A DNA stretch of 63,355 nt, filler included, from Cercozoa sp. M6MM (GCA_040357565.1; 12 parts of 12 records of this genome joined end to end with filler, not necessarily neighbours in it); one strand, 5' to 3'; shown: positions 12,204 to 28,081, numbered from the whole stretch's first letter. Made by a program: numbers and translations. The notes: generated by a model not told the origin, from the letters alone.

Positions 12204-13321
12204 CTATTGAATTTGGACTTCAGGCTGACCATATCGTGCTCGCTGTCTTTGCTGCTCTCGGTTGCCAGGTTCAGGTTGCTGTCTTCGGCGTCTATTGACA
12301 TTGCCTTCGCCACTTCGCCCATTTCCTCGTGCTGCAACGTAGATGCATCGTACCCAAGAAGGCACTGGCAGTTGGGTACAGACTGAAAGTATATTTACGA
12401 GCGCAAGTGTGCACACAGAGACGTCAGACACATGAGACATGCAAGCATCCAGATCGACGTAGAGTGGCGAGCCAGGCACTTCGATTCGCTCCAGCTGGGA
12501 TCGCGAAGGAAGCACTCCGCTGACGATATTTGATAGCGTTGGCACTTCTCGAAGCCGCGGCGCCGGATTAACGCCTGCTGAGGCCGAGATGTCCGAGGCC
12601 TCGGTCCAAGCAGCATCATTGGCTGCCCGCAACAGTGCGCGGTCGATGCGGATTGAGAGATCGCACAACTGGTTTCGGTAATTCGCGCCGCTTTTGCGTA
12701 CATTTTTCTCGCTCAACCCACCATCACAAGAGCCCACTGAGGGAAGTATGACGCTCACCGAGACTCCCAGAAGTGGCACGAAGTACAGCGAACCAGAGAC
12801 TAGAGTGCTCGCTGCCAATACACAAAACATGGACCCATATATATATAATAACACAAAGATCCATGATTCGCCAGTTCAAGATAAATTGAAATGCACTCCC
12901 GCCGAGTTTGCCTATGCGAAGATACTGTGTTGTACCAAGCATTAGCAGCAGCACAATCGAAGACAGGAGCCTCCAACGCAACAGTCGTTTCGGTTTGCGC
13001 AACTCAGTGATGAAAGCGCATCCGACCGAGACGATGACTGCCGCAATGGACAGAGAAGGTGCGGCATAGCTTGGGAGCTTCGAATTCACCCATTCGCTTA
13101 AGCTTCTGTCCGAGTCTTGGTCCTCTAAATCTGGCAGCAGGTGATGCCACAACGAAAGATGCCTTTCGTGCTTGTGGCAATACGTCCATACCCGCATCCT
13201 GAACAGACATATTAGTGCCTGTCCTTCCACAACAGCTAACGGTCACGAAGCGAAGCTACCCTGCATCGAGCGCGCTGAACAACACGACTCCTGATTTCGC
13301 CAGCACCGTTAGTTGAGGCAT
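12204..13321 (-). CDS. Hypothetical multi-pass membrane protein
   Basis: Joined ORFs 12724-13230 and 12204-12854 with hydrophobic segments (LSIAAVIVSVGCAFI, LLSSIVLLLMLG, FCVLAASTLVSGSLYFVPLLGV). Exon ends approximate. Confidence 0.55.
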
Positions 13322-13815
13322 TGAGTCGAAGAGTTCAGTTCGCTTCCTCCCAGTGGCTTGGCTGATGGGTTAAAAACGCTCCGACTAACCCTGGACTGAC
13401 AATCAGGCGAAAATTCTGTGTGAGAGCGAGCACGTGGAAACATCACGACGCTCGGTGTTATCATACGCCAGAATTCCAGAGGGGAATAGGAAATGGCAAT
13501 CCTTGTCTGATAGTTTGTGATGGATAGAGGTGCTTTAACTTGGTGCCAGTATGCTGTAATTGTACCAGTGCGAGTGCCAGCACAGAAAAATCGAGCCCAA
13601 AAGCCAATGTCAATATCCGTGATTAAGGGTGCGGTTTCAGCTACGTTTCTTCCCCACGCTAAGAAACCCTGCGTCTACGCTATTGGTGGCCGTGGGCACG
13701 AAAACTTTGAGACGTTTGGGTGCCGCAAAGAGCTCGTGTGGTTACGTGTCGACCTTGGAGTAATCCGAAAAGTCCTCGACGTTCGAGTCTTCTATCATCC
13801 AAATCCACTCACACG

Positions 13816-14681
13816 ATGTCGTTCCTGTGGAATTGGTTCAGCAGCCTGTTCAGTGCGGTACTTAGTTTGTGTGCGACACGTTTGCACCATTGTGGGCGCT
13901 TTTGTGGTCAATTCATATCTTTTTTGTAGATTGGCCTGGACTGGGTGACGCAAAAAAGTGCTAAGGTGCTCTTTCTGGGACTTGACAACGCCGGCAAGAG
14001 CACGCTGCTGAACATGCTGAAGACGGGCAACATGGCGACACTCAAGCCGACGAGGTACGCCACAAGCGAGGAGGTCAGCGTCGGTGGCTGCCGCTTCCAT
14101 GCGTTCGATCTGGGCGGCCACGAGGCGGTGCGTGTGTTGTGGGAAAAGTACATGATGGACACTGACGCCGTAGTCTTCCTTGTGGATGCCGCCGATCAGG
14201 TACATTGTGTCTCTGGTGCTGTGGTCTGTGTGTCTGTATCTGTGTCTGTATCTGTGTCTATCTGTGTCTGTATCTGTGTCTGTGTCTGAGTCTGTGTCTG
14301 AGTCTGTGTCTGAGTCTGTGTCTGTGTGTGTGTGTGTTGTGTGTGTTGTGTGTTGTGTGTTGTGTTTGTTGTATGATGTATGATGTATGATGTATGATGT
14401 GTGATGTGTGATGTGTCCCTTCGCCATGTATAGCCTCGTCTCGAGGAGGTCCGAGACGAACTCAGCGTGCTGCTCGAAAAGTGTGGCGACGAGCGGCCTG
14501 TTCCTTTCTGTATCCTTGCAAACAAGGTGCATTCCTCCTTCAGCTGTCCTCTGTGTGCTTTCTATGCGAGTGAGTGAGGTTTCTTTTGACTGGCCATGCA
14601 TACTCTCAGATGGACTTGCCTGACGCAACCGACCCTGATGCATTGCGCGACTACCTCGGTCTCACGCTGACAGGCAAGCAG
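13816..14681 (+). CDS. SAR1: Sar1-family small GTPase (divergent), 3'-truncated
   Basis: [14 protein letters not shown]|IGL...[17 protein letters not shown]...TSEE...FDLGGH...VFLVDAAD|...ILANK|MDLP. Confidence 0.88.
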
Positions 14682-14716
14682 GTAACTGGCCCGTTCGTTT
14701 CTCTGCCATTTAGCTT

Positions 14717-14764
<48 letters not shown>

Positions 14765-14864
14765 NNNNNNNNNNNNNNNNNNNNNNNNNNNNNNNNNNNN
14801 NNNNNNNNTTAATTAATTAANNNNNNNNNNNNNNNNNNNNNNNNNNNNNNNNNNNNNNNNNNNN

Positions 14865-14972
<108 letters not shown>

Positions 14973-15940
14973 AACTTGGCACCACACGTGTGCAGGTTTG
15001 ATGCTGCTTTGCCTGGCTGGTCGTCTCGTCTTCTTGGACGCGACGGAACAAGTCGAAATAACACTTAGCAAGCACCAGTTGCACGCACTCACGGCCGATG
15101 AACCCGGTGTCGACTGCGGCGTCAAACCGGTATCAAAAATAAGACCATTTCCTCTGGTGGATTGATCCAGTATTTCCGTTTGCGTGATGCTCAGCACGAC
15201 AAGCTCACCGTCCTACTCGACCGAAAGCACGCCGAGCACACGATCTTCCAACAGGTAGCCTAGGACAGAACCCCTGATTCTATGTGTTTTAAACGTAAAT
15301 CTACGTTGTAAAGAAAATGAAATCATTATCCAACTGACTTAACTGATATAATATGGAGAAACGCTCAACAACTCACTGACTTATTTTTGATCAACCAGGA
15401 GGTGCGCACAAGTACCGCTGGTTACTGCGAAAAGCAGAGCACTCCGCAACTCACCCAACGTCATAAGCTTCAGTCGAGTAAACTACTCTTCTTTGTTTTG
15501 TTCTGGCTTTCGTTTGTTACTAAAAAGCGCGGGTATCAATGTTATTTTTGCTCGCAGGTTTGCTCATTCGCGAGAGCTTCTAAGTCACCCCCCTCCCTCT
15601 CTCTCCGTTATACACCTTGTCCAATTGCAATCACACTCACAGCACACACACGCACCCACGCACACACTTAGTCATCGTCTCCCACTGTCAACATTCACCT
15701 CCCCGTCGTCTTGCATTGACGCCCCCCCCCCCTTTCTTTGTAAGACTGGGGTATACCGCTGGACCCGCTCGGTTGAGATACGAAAGCACGCGTGCAGCGT
15801 TTAACTTCGTCAACGTTGCACTGATTCAGTCATTGCAGACACATCATTATAAATTTACCCACACTCCAGTAAATTTAGACCCGTCTTCGTTCGTAATTTT
15901 ACTTTTCAACGTTATCCACCGTACTGCGCTACTATAGTAT

Positions 15941-17119
15941 CTAAACTTCAAAGTTGAACTCGTCGTTAGTTGTCGAAACGCTGATGGCCTCTTTCACGGC
16001 GCTGTTAGTTGTACGCGCACGCTGTTTCTCAAAGATGAAACGAGCGATTTCAAACTCTGCACTGCTCCAGTCCGACTGAGGCTGCCCGTCGTCAGGGCTG
16101 CACTCACCTTTGAGTCGTTCGTCAGTCTCACATACGAGACGCTTGAATTCGAGGAAACTGAGCGAAGGTTCTTCTCTTGGCGTTTCTTCACGTCGACTGC
16201 CGATAAGGCGTTTCATGGCCAGCAGCAGCGTGCACGCTTCGTCATAGGATTCGATCGGAATCAAGCCGGGGCATTGCCTGGACAACTCGAGCAGCGCACT
16301 GGGGGTTAGTGCCTTATCGTTTTCCTTCGAGCCGGCGGAGGGTTTGGAAGTGCTACTCCGCAGGCCAATAAATAAGAGGAAAGCAGAGAAAATATTAAAA
16401 CACTCTGTTTTACTGGCTGTCGTGGTTTTCGGGAGCAGATGTTTCAAAGTCAGCACCTCTGGAGGCTGAAGTAATTCCCTTGCCAGCAAATGCCGCAAAA
16501 ACTGCACGCATCTCGTTCTCCGGGAACTGGAACTGAAGATGCGGGAGAGTCAAGTCTGTTTCTTCGCTTGTTTGATCTTCGTCTGCTGTTTCGGCAGTGA
16601 GCGTTTGCGGTTTGAAGTCATCACGCATCGCGTTTTCGACTGCTTTGTGAAAGTCTGCACAAGGTTCAAGATTCGGGGGGCAGCTGTCATCAGGATTTCG
16701 CGTTTAGTTGTTCATTTACTGCACCGTTGAGGGAGATACTCCCTGTTTCTGAAACGTCCAGAAGCTTCGCGATATTGACAATCAGCGTTGGGGGCAGCTT
16801 CTTCCCAAGCGCCTTTCCCATCTTTTCAATAGTCTGGACCGTCCAAAGCGCAGTTTCGTCTTTTGGCTTCCGTTCTTCCTCCTCAAACAGAGTCTTTGAT
16901 GTCTCTGCTCCTTCACTGCCATGGCGTTCTGCTTCTCGCTCGGCTACTTCGGCGAAGCAAAGTTGCAACATCAGAGGGTCCCACGCATTTCTAAATTTAA
17001 ACACCAATAACCCCCTGCTATCGCTATGCAAGGATAAACTTCCTGAAGGACAGCACTCACCTGAGTATGATTTGCTCCTCGCTCGCTGCCTCTGTTTCTG
17101 CTTCTTCGTGTGTAGACAT
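15941..17119 (-). CDS. Hypothetical protein with degenerate EF-hand-like motifs
   Basis: Spliced exons include LLDVSETGSISLN|DF, EMRAVFAAFA and LSFLEFKRLV. Start tentative. Confidence 0.5.
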
Positions 17120-17277
17120 GCTTCAGCACTACTGTATCAACTTCTGTTGCCGATCGTATAAGGTAAACACTTGCACTGGTATTTTTCTCAGCATACGAAA
17201 CGCAAGAAGCAAAGAGGTTTCTTCGTAGTGACGAACCAACGCCGTTAAGCTGGGTACGAGCGGTACAACGCTTTTTA

Positions 17278-18135
17278 ATGACTGAAAAGCGAACTGCAGT
17301 CAAATTAGCGGTGGTCGGGAGCGGATCTAGGTATGACATATTTGACATGCTTGCAGTCGAAAACGCTATGTTGGTCAATCGTAGCGGCAAATCGTGCCTA
17401 ATCAAGCGATGGTGCGAGCGAAAGTTCGTGTCGCAGTACATACCAACGGCACCTCTTCAGTTGTTTTTTGACATGTTTAGGCTAGCGCCTTTTGGTAATT
17501 TACAATTACGTTGTCTGGCCCTGCAGATCGGAGTGGATTACGGAGCAAAAAGCATCAAGCTGGACGGTCTGCGCATCACAGTGCATCTGTGGGACTTCTC
17601 CGGCTACAACGATTTCGCCGAGGTTCGAACGATCCTTTTTTCTGCATCGAAACTCCGCCTTTTGGTATATTTACAATTACAACTTACGTTGTCTGGCACT
17701 GCAGATCAGGAAAGAGTTGTGTGACAATGTCGACATTTGGTTCGTCGTTAGCGACGCGAGGTAGAGGCAATTATTACCTTGCTTACTTTCCACGAAACGT
17801 GTGATGTGCGTAGTCGACCAGAAACAGCATCACCCGAAGTGTGCGATGCATGGCTCGCCGAGATCGAAGAGGCGCAACAACGAAATCTCGCTCGGTGCTC
17901 GTCCATGCAGGTGGGTGAGTCCATGACAAAGGCCACGGCGGCTCTCGTTGTCGCTGTGCTCACGAAAAGCGACGCCGACTGCATTACAACCTCCGAACGC
18001 AAGCAATACCGCGAGTGGACGAAGCGGCGCCACCTGCACGCGAGTGAAGTTTCCGCCAAGACAGGTGACAACGTCGACTCTTTGTTCGACACGGTGATTT
18101 CGCAAGCTGCACGTGCCGCGCTGTCGCATGACTAG
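17278..18135 (+). CDS. RJL: RJL-family (DNAJC27-related, no J domain) Ras-like GTPase, 5 exons
   Basis: VVGSGS|SGKSCLIKRWCERKFVSQYIPT|IGVDYG...LWDFSG...TKSD...EVSAKTG. The KSCxIKRxCExxFV signature is typical of RJL. Confidence 0.8.
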
Positions 18136-18314
18136 CCTCAGGAGTTCAGTTAGCTACAATTTAGTCCATCCTCCGTTCAGTTTTTTGGTTTCTGTCAAAA
18201 TCGGAGTTTCCTGACGTTTTCGCTTTTTTCCAATTGAATTCCGAAGAGATCCTCGCGACAAGATACATGAATTTGGATTTTGAGCTGCCACCGAAGACGC
18301 CTGAAAAGTGGAAA

Positions 18315-18872
18315 ATGCTCAAGTCGCTAGTGACGCTGTGCGCATTTTCGAGTTACCGCAGTGTTGCTGGGTACACCCAGGATGGGAAAGACGGTGCTTC
18401 TTTGAAAGCAATCGATCAAGGGGCATCGGAACTGAAGAAAGACATCACCAATGTCCTCCGTGGCTTTGATTCTGCCCTACGCAGCGTGTACAGTCACGTT
18501 GGCATACTCAAGCACCGGCTCGACAATGTGAAATCACGCGCTCCTACAGGCACCACGGCTTCACCATCCAACGGCTGCCAGAACAACGCGGAGTGTCGCA
18601 GCGTTGAGTTCTGCGACACAGCCAGCGGCCTATGTCTCCTGGACCCTGGTGTGTGAACTTTAATGCGATGAATAGGCACTATGACTCCCATTAGTCTTTG
18701 CGTAGTGGTGCATATATGTGTGCTTTTGATTTAAACAGCGCAGCATTGCCTTACGACAGGGTGTCCACAAGGTACGCATTGCACGCTCAATGGCGAGTGT
18801 ACGGCCGGTGCAGCTATCACGTGCGATTTGTTGACATTCAGCTCTTGCTTCGACCAGGTAAGTCACCGCGTT

Positions 18873-18920
<48 letters not shown>

Positions 18921-18930
18921 NNNNNNNNNN

Positions 18931-18978
<48 letters not shown>

Positions 18979-19362
18979 GTGACATTAAATTTACACACAC
19001 ATTGTTGAAAGGGAGGAGTCTGCCTCGACAGTGGCAGCGGTCCCGAGTGTGTTGATTTACTCGAATGCCAGGTCGACAGCGACTGCGACGCCTTGGCATT
19101 GGTAAAACCGGCTTCTTCGCAAGCGTCATGATACTAACAACAGAGATGATATCGGCAGTCGCTTCCTCTGCCGGGTATTGCCAGCGACGCCAACCAAGTC
19201 GACATAATGTGCAGGCCTCTCGGCGACCTGGTACCAGCCGATACCCCCGTTGCACCCGGCAACTTCTGCTTTGGTCTGCCGCGATGCACCGACGAGAACG
19301 TCGAAGAGATCTGCGGCACTGGCGCCACGTGCGATGATGGCGTCTGCTCCGTGCAGAACTAA
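18315..19362 (+). CDS. Probably secreted protein: coiled coil followed by cysteine-rich modules
   Basis: N-terminus MLKSLVTLCAFSS, heptad region, then CQNNAECRSVEFCDTASGLC, CLTTGCPQGTHCTLNGEC, CQVDSDC and CGTGATCDDGVC. Confidence 0.6.
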
Positions 19363-19649
19363 CGTTGAGTGGCACTCTAGCTCTGCAACTTACGTTTCAA
19401 CGTGTCCCAAGTCCTAGTCCGGTCACCGGCATTGAAACTCCGAAAGTTAGTTAAGCCTACCAAGAAACCAACTAGCAAGCGGTCCCCCTGTACGCGACAG
19501 TCCTGGAGGTGGATCACGAGCGCATGACCACAAATTGCTACTGCCCCCCGCAAAGTCACGGCTGGAAGTGAAGTTTGGTCACGGGGTATACGTACGTATC
19601 GTATACGTACACGATGGTACTGTACTCGACCCGACCGGACTGAAGGTAC

Positions 19650-19843
19650 GTGTTTGTCCCGGATTGGCGGGGCGTTTTTTGTCTTATATGGGCGGAGGGG
19701 GGGGGGGAGAATCCCTATCGTTTAAAACTAACAGCATCTCAGGGGGATACAGTAACTACCTTAACATACCAGACACCCAAGGGCAAAACGCCTGACGGTG
19801 GGTTGGATTTGTCAAAAACGCCCCGCCAATCCGGGGCACACCC
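19650..19843. mobile_element. MITE-like element, about 195 nt, with ~30-bp terminal inverted repeats
   Basis: Left end gtttgtcccggattggcggggcgttttt, right end aaaaacgccccgccaatccggggcacac. A related copy lies at about 47049-47594. Confidence 0.75.
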
Positions 19844-19889
19844 GTTAAGTTAACGGTAAACGGTCGTGGCAATAGCCGCGTATTCTTCA

Positions 19890-20240
<351 letters not shown>

Positions 20241-20480
20241 AANNNNNNNNNNNNNNNNNNNNNNNNNNNNNNNNNNNNNNNNNNNNTTAATTAATTAANN
20301 NNNNNNNNNNNNNNNNNNNNNNNNNNNNNNNNNNNNNNNNNNCCCCCCCCCCCCCCCAGAGACTCACCCCAGTGACCCTTTACCCCCACCCACACAGACC
20401 CTTTGTCCCACTCCATAGAACTTTACCCCCAGATACTCTTCTTTGCCACCCTCTTACTCCACTTATCTCTTTACCCCCAG

Positions 20481-22437
20481 GCACAACGATGGACAAATGC
20501 GAAAGATGGTCGATGCCGTTCGATCCGGCGCGATTTTTGACGGCACGACGACACTAGGGTACTTCCATACTTTTATCCCCTTTATTTCGCCCCAGCCTAC
20601 CCCCCCCCCCTCACAGGTACGACACGGAGAGTTTCGTGAGTGGTGCCGCCGCCAACACGGACGAGACACGATGCGCTCGACCACGGGTAGGATGCACACA
20701 CGTGTGTGTTTGTTTAAAGGACGCGGTGTACATGTACGACTAGTGTGCTTGCAGGTGTCGCAACGATTGCGCGAAGTGGAACGCGCCGTGTGCGATTTTC
20801 TCATTCATGCGCGTCGCAAGGGACAGGTACATTCGTGTCCTGGGGTGGTACGGGGTAAGGAGGAAAACAGGGGGGTAAACTCTCGTGTGACATGACAGAG
20901 CTGCTACGGCGCCGACTCGCCGGGTACACTGTTCGCACCGGGCACGCGGTGGAACCTGTCGGCACTGGCGACGCCGTTGGACTTTCTGGACGTGTACACT
21001 TTGACTGCCAATACTATTACCCGTGTGCTATTTCGCACGCTTGTTCACAGTGACTTGCCGGGAGTAACCTCGCCCATGCTGTATGCCGGCACATTGGCCT
21101 CTTGTTTTGGTACTTCTCCCTTGCCTTGCCTAGACTCCCTTCACTCCCTTATTTACCGTGTCAATTCAGCCTACCATTTGGAGGACCGTGATTTGCCGGC
21201 CGTGAATCACCTGCACTTTGGGCGACCCAAGGTGCGTTTCCCTCCTTCCCTTTGCCCCTTTGTCCTGATTCCTGGACGCAGGTGTGGTATGTCGCGCCGC
21301 CTGCCGATCGCGACAAGGTCGTGGCTGCATTGGCCAAGGTATTTTACCTACCCCTCACCCCTCCTTACCCCCTTACTCCTACCCCTACCCCTACCCTTAC
21401 CCCGTCTCCCCTGTGTGTGTGCTCAGATCTGGCCGCAAGACAGTGCAGAATGCGCCGAGTTCTATCGACACAAACAGTGCTTCGTGACGCCTGAGCGACT
21501 CGTCAGTCACCATGGGGTAACAGGCTGGGGGTCAGAGGGAGAAGGGTGGTGGGGTAGTATGGGGAATATGGGGGTAAGTGAGCACATTGTCGTGGCAGGT
21601 GCGACTCCGTCGCGTGGTGCAACTGCCAGGCGAGTTCGTGGTGCTGCACGGCGGCGCTTTCCACGGGGGCTTCAATCTTGGTTTCAATCTCGCCGAGGCC
21701 GTCAACTTTGGCAGCGAGTACTGGCTTAGTCAGGTGTGTCTCTGTTACTCCACACCTCTGACCCTGCTCTTTCCCTACCCTGTATCCCCTTGCCCAGGTG
21801 GCCCCACGAACGACAGTGTGTCGCTGTGAGAAACTGCGTGGCATCTCGGTGGACTTCCCGGTACATGTGCTGCCGGCACGACTGCAGGCCGCCTGTCTGC
21901 GCTACCCGATGCACTCACACCCGCGATGGTGACCTTCTGTTACCCCACCTCCCCTATCCCTCTGTTTTTACCTATCCCGGCATGCAGGGTGCCAGCCGCA
22001 CAGGCGCGCGGCCGACTGCGAATCTCGCAGTACGAACCGCGCTTCTCGTCACTCAAGTGCGAGCACCGGTCGCTCTGCCAGGTGGATGCTTTGTTCGGAC
22101 TGCGTGTGTGCCACGTCGACGCCGACAACAGTGGCGATGACGATGACAGAGGCAGCACTGAGCTGCCCAAAAAACATGACGACACGACGCGCTACCTGCC
22201 TCGTATACACTGCCTGTTCTCCCTCACTATTTAGTCTCCTATCATGTTTCTTGTGTGTACTCAGCCTGGCTGAGACGGTCGGTACCGACAGAGCCACAGA
22301 TACCACCGCTGCGTCGCTCGCGGCCGCCCTCGGCTCCGGTCACACCGCCGGCCAAGCGGCGACTGCTCTCGGCTTTGCCCGCACAGGTCGTCGTGGCTCC
22401 TGTCACTCCGAGTTCCAGTCCGCCTCCGGCTCCCTAG
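20481..22437 (+). CDS. JmjC histone demethylase (KDM4/KDM5-like), 5'-truncated
   Basis: YGADSPGTLF, GVTSPMLYAG, YHLEDRDLPAVNHLHFGRPK|VWY, RHK, QLPGEFVV and FHGGFNLGFNLAEAVNF. The Fe ligands HxE...H are intact. The 3' end is approximate. Confidence 0.85.
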
Positions 22438-22976
22438 TCGGGTCTCCGTTCTGTCGCACCGAGCCTGCACCCCACCGAGTCTGCATTCTCATCAAAAGGC
22501 CGCTCGCTGGCAGTCAGACGAAATATGTATTATAGCGCTGGCGCTGCGCGGTCGCGATTGGACCGGACAGAGTCCATGTTCCGTCGTGTTTTTCTATTTA
22601 ATTCGTTTCGTTTTTTACGTAAGCTAAACGTAGTAACGTGAAACTATTACGTTAACCGCGAGATTTCGTTTACTGCATTGTCAAGTGTTGTGCAGACCTG
22701 ACTTTTTAGCTTGGGTCAAGCTTTCTAAAGCTCACGTACTTTGACTACAGGTATCTCTTCTATTGTGGCAAGACTCGATCGGGCGCGAGGACGAAAGAAC
22801 TATTCTGGTCTTGCCAGCCGTTAGTGAAGACATATGTTAATCGGGAGGATGAGGAAGCTCAGTACACTAAGTAACAGTATGTAAATCTAGTTTATGTGCA
22901 ACACTGTACTTTATGGTACACTCGACGTCCACGTAGGCTCGGACTCCTGTTTAACGCAGGTTGTTTTATCTTCTCG

Positions 22977-23555
22977 TTAGCATTCCTTCACAAAGACAAC
23001 ACCAACAAACAATAACAAGACAGGCCAGCATGCATTCGAAAGACGAATAAATTTACCTTGCACAAAGAAGCGATTAGGGTTGAGCCACGCAGGCCGCGCG
23101 TCTGCGACGACATTGCCTGCGATTGGAGGTTGCCGTTGCGGCCGACGGTTTGGAAGTCGCGGTCGACCGAACTGCGTCAACCACTAGGGTGTCGGTAACC
23201 ACAACAACAAAGAAAACAGAGAGCACCCCGTGTTCACGGTGGATGGCTGGACGAAGGTTCAACCTGCGCGGAGCTATCACGCACAAACACACTGGCAGTG
23301 ACACAGAGGCAGAGCAAGAGGGATATAAATACCGCGACGATTCGCTCGGTTGTTGGCGCGCCCAGCTGCACGGCAAGCAAGCACAGGAGATAAATACTCA
23401 TCCCACAGGCACTGTATCGCGACGGCAAGAGCAGGCAACAGACTACTGGTACTGTGAATTTACCAGGTGGCACAAGCACACCTCTCGCCGCAGCCTGCCT
23501 CGTGTTGTTGGCACGGTTTTGGTCGTTCTCGGCGTCCTGAGTCACAACGGCAACT

Positions 23556-23604
<49 letters not shown>

Positions 23605-23614
23605 NNNNNNNNNN

Positions 23615-23663
<49 letters not shown>

Positions 23664-24980
23664 GCGCACACAGTGAAGAGCGAACGTGGAAGCACCTCAT
23701 GCGGTTGCTGCCCTGGCGACCCGACGACAGCGCGAACCACCATCGCGGGAGCAACGTTCTCGTCTTCTACTGTGTGCAGTCAGTGTGTTGACAGTTTTGT
23801 CACATGGGTGGAGAGCGGGTCGTGAAAACACCGAAAACAGTAAAAGTAGGGCTACCGCGACGGTTCTGCCAGTTGCCGTCGCGAACGGCTGCGAGCACAA
23901 GGCCAGTTTCCTCCAAGTAATTAAGTTGACCACCCAAGTAGTATGCAGTGAAGCCATTACCGAGAGGCACACGAACAGCTCTCAGCGCTGCCCGCAGTGG
24001 GTAGATGTTCTCCGCATCCTGAGTAACATGCGCAAGGTTGACAACAGAGCCCACTACTTGAGCACACTACACGGAGCACACGTGCAGAGTACCTCACGCT
24101 CGATAGGTCGGTGCTCAGGTGGCGGTGCGGGAACGCGCTCGATCACCGCGCCAGGAAGGTCGCCGTTCTCGTTGTTTGCTGCACAGGCACACAAGTACTC
24201 ACAACATGTAGCCGACTATCATAAAAATTTGAAGAAGAGTCTCTGAATGGCCGAATAGGAGTCGAGCATGTGGCATGCAGTATCGGTACCACGGCGGTTC
24301 TCCCAGTTGGTGGGGTTGTTGATACGGCGGACATTGCGACGCTCGACTACTTGCACGCAAAGATCGAGCAGTTTTTACGAGCACACACACGAAAAGCCCT
24401 CCAAGTGAACAGTCAAAGAGCGAAGGAGGTACCAAGGGGCACGCGAGCGACCACTGGCTCTTCTCGCCACCGGACGTAGTCCGACCAGTCTTCCTGAGCC
24501 ACGCCAGATAGAAGAGTTAAAACACAGGCGCTCTTGTCCGAAAAATGGACCTCGTCCGGCTGGTTCTGGCGAGGCGCAACCGGCAGAGGCTCTTCCCGAG
24601 CAGCGTCATTCTCTTCGTCTCCTGCATAGAAGGCACACGCACACATACACACACACACCCAGGTAAGGGCCAGGCAAGAACTGAAGAGAAGCGCCTCTCG
24701 TGCATGGGACAAGTACACTTACCAGGATGGTTCGGGTTGTCTTCGTTGGCGCCGCGAGCATTGTTGCGACGTCGACGCTCAGCTACGCACACACACACAT
24801 ACACACACAACACACACAAATCAGTCGATTTGAGCAAGGCAGAAGCACTCCACAGAAACAGAAGCAGAGACTCTGTACCAGGTGGCACACCGCGTGCAGC
24901 TCTCTGTACTTCCGGCCACGGGTAGTTGTTGGCCCAGTTCTGGTCGTTCTCAATGTCCGACCAGGCCAGCTGTCACCCAT
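22977..24980 (-). CDS. Hypothetical multi-exon low-complexity protein
   Basis: Chain of short GT-AG-bounded coding-like segments (GDEENDAAREEPLPV, VAQEDWSDYVRWREE, VTQDAEN twice). No family recognised. Confidence 0.4.
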
Positions 24981-25155
24981 GAATATGATTACATGTACGT
25001 AAATTTACACACACACACACACCACCACCACCACCACCACCACCATGATACAACANNNNNNNNNNNNNNNNNNNNNNNNNNNNNNNNNNNNNNNNNNNNT
25101 TAATTAATTAANNNNNNNNNNNNNNNNNNNNNNNNNNNNNNNNNNNNNNNNNNNN

Positions 25156-25204
<49 letters not shown>

Positions 25205-25489
25205 GCTCCCCTATTCGCGGTGAAGCGGTGAAGTATTTGTGCCGTATAGTGCGCTCCTGGACCTTCGAACAGCAAAGTCCATCGACGGAACCTCAGTGTG
25301 CGAATTGCGACCATGTAGCCTGTCATTGTTTCGCACCAGGTCAATCTATGTGTAGTTGTGCTTAGTTGACTCTGGTGATATAATGTTTGGCAAGGCAAGC
25401 GACCTTGCACGGTACTCTTGACCCATACTGTATGAGTTTGTACCTGTGTGTGCGTCATATATGCACATTCTGCGGTCTGATAACTAGCT

Positions 25490-27603
<2,114 letters not shown>

Positions 27604-28081
27604 ACAAGCCGGTGAGACGAAAAGCGATTTCGATTTCGAACAGAAGATCGTCGGGTGCGGGAGTATCGATATACCGGCACTATCGCTATCCGGGTCGGCT
27701 GCGGTAACAATAACGTTAAGTTAAAAACTGAAAACTACATACGATAGTATACGATACCTCGCCTCTGCGACACTCGGTTCCAATCGGATCCGTCGCGGTC
27801 GGGTCGAGATCGAGATCCTTATCTAACTGACTGACTCTTCTTACATTGGACGAGGTGTTAAGCTCAATGAATTGCAGATTAAAGCTCAGGTAATGGACGA
27901 AAACTCACATTTCGTGTGGGCTGGACTCACATCATAGGCAGCGGAGAGTTCCGGTACATACAGTAGCGACCCACGCAACCCGACGTAAACTTAAGTTGGG
28001 TCACGGTGTGCATGTATATGCTGCGAATTGACGTGATGTCAAGCTTACTGACGATGGGTGCTGTACGGTACCGCGGCGCGG

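Noticed and set aside
15000-15270. Possible stop-codon reassignment (minus-strand YLLEDRVLGVLSVE*DGELVVLSIT with in-frame TAG)
   Set aside because: Conserved genes translate cleanly with the standard code and end in TAG (COQ4, MCU, RJL), TAA or TGA. More likely non-coding or a pseudogene fragment.
17486-17500. Resemblance of gccttttgg to the U2 snRNA 5' stem
   Set aside because: Only about 9 nt match, with no branch-pairing or Sm-site context.
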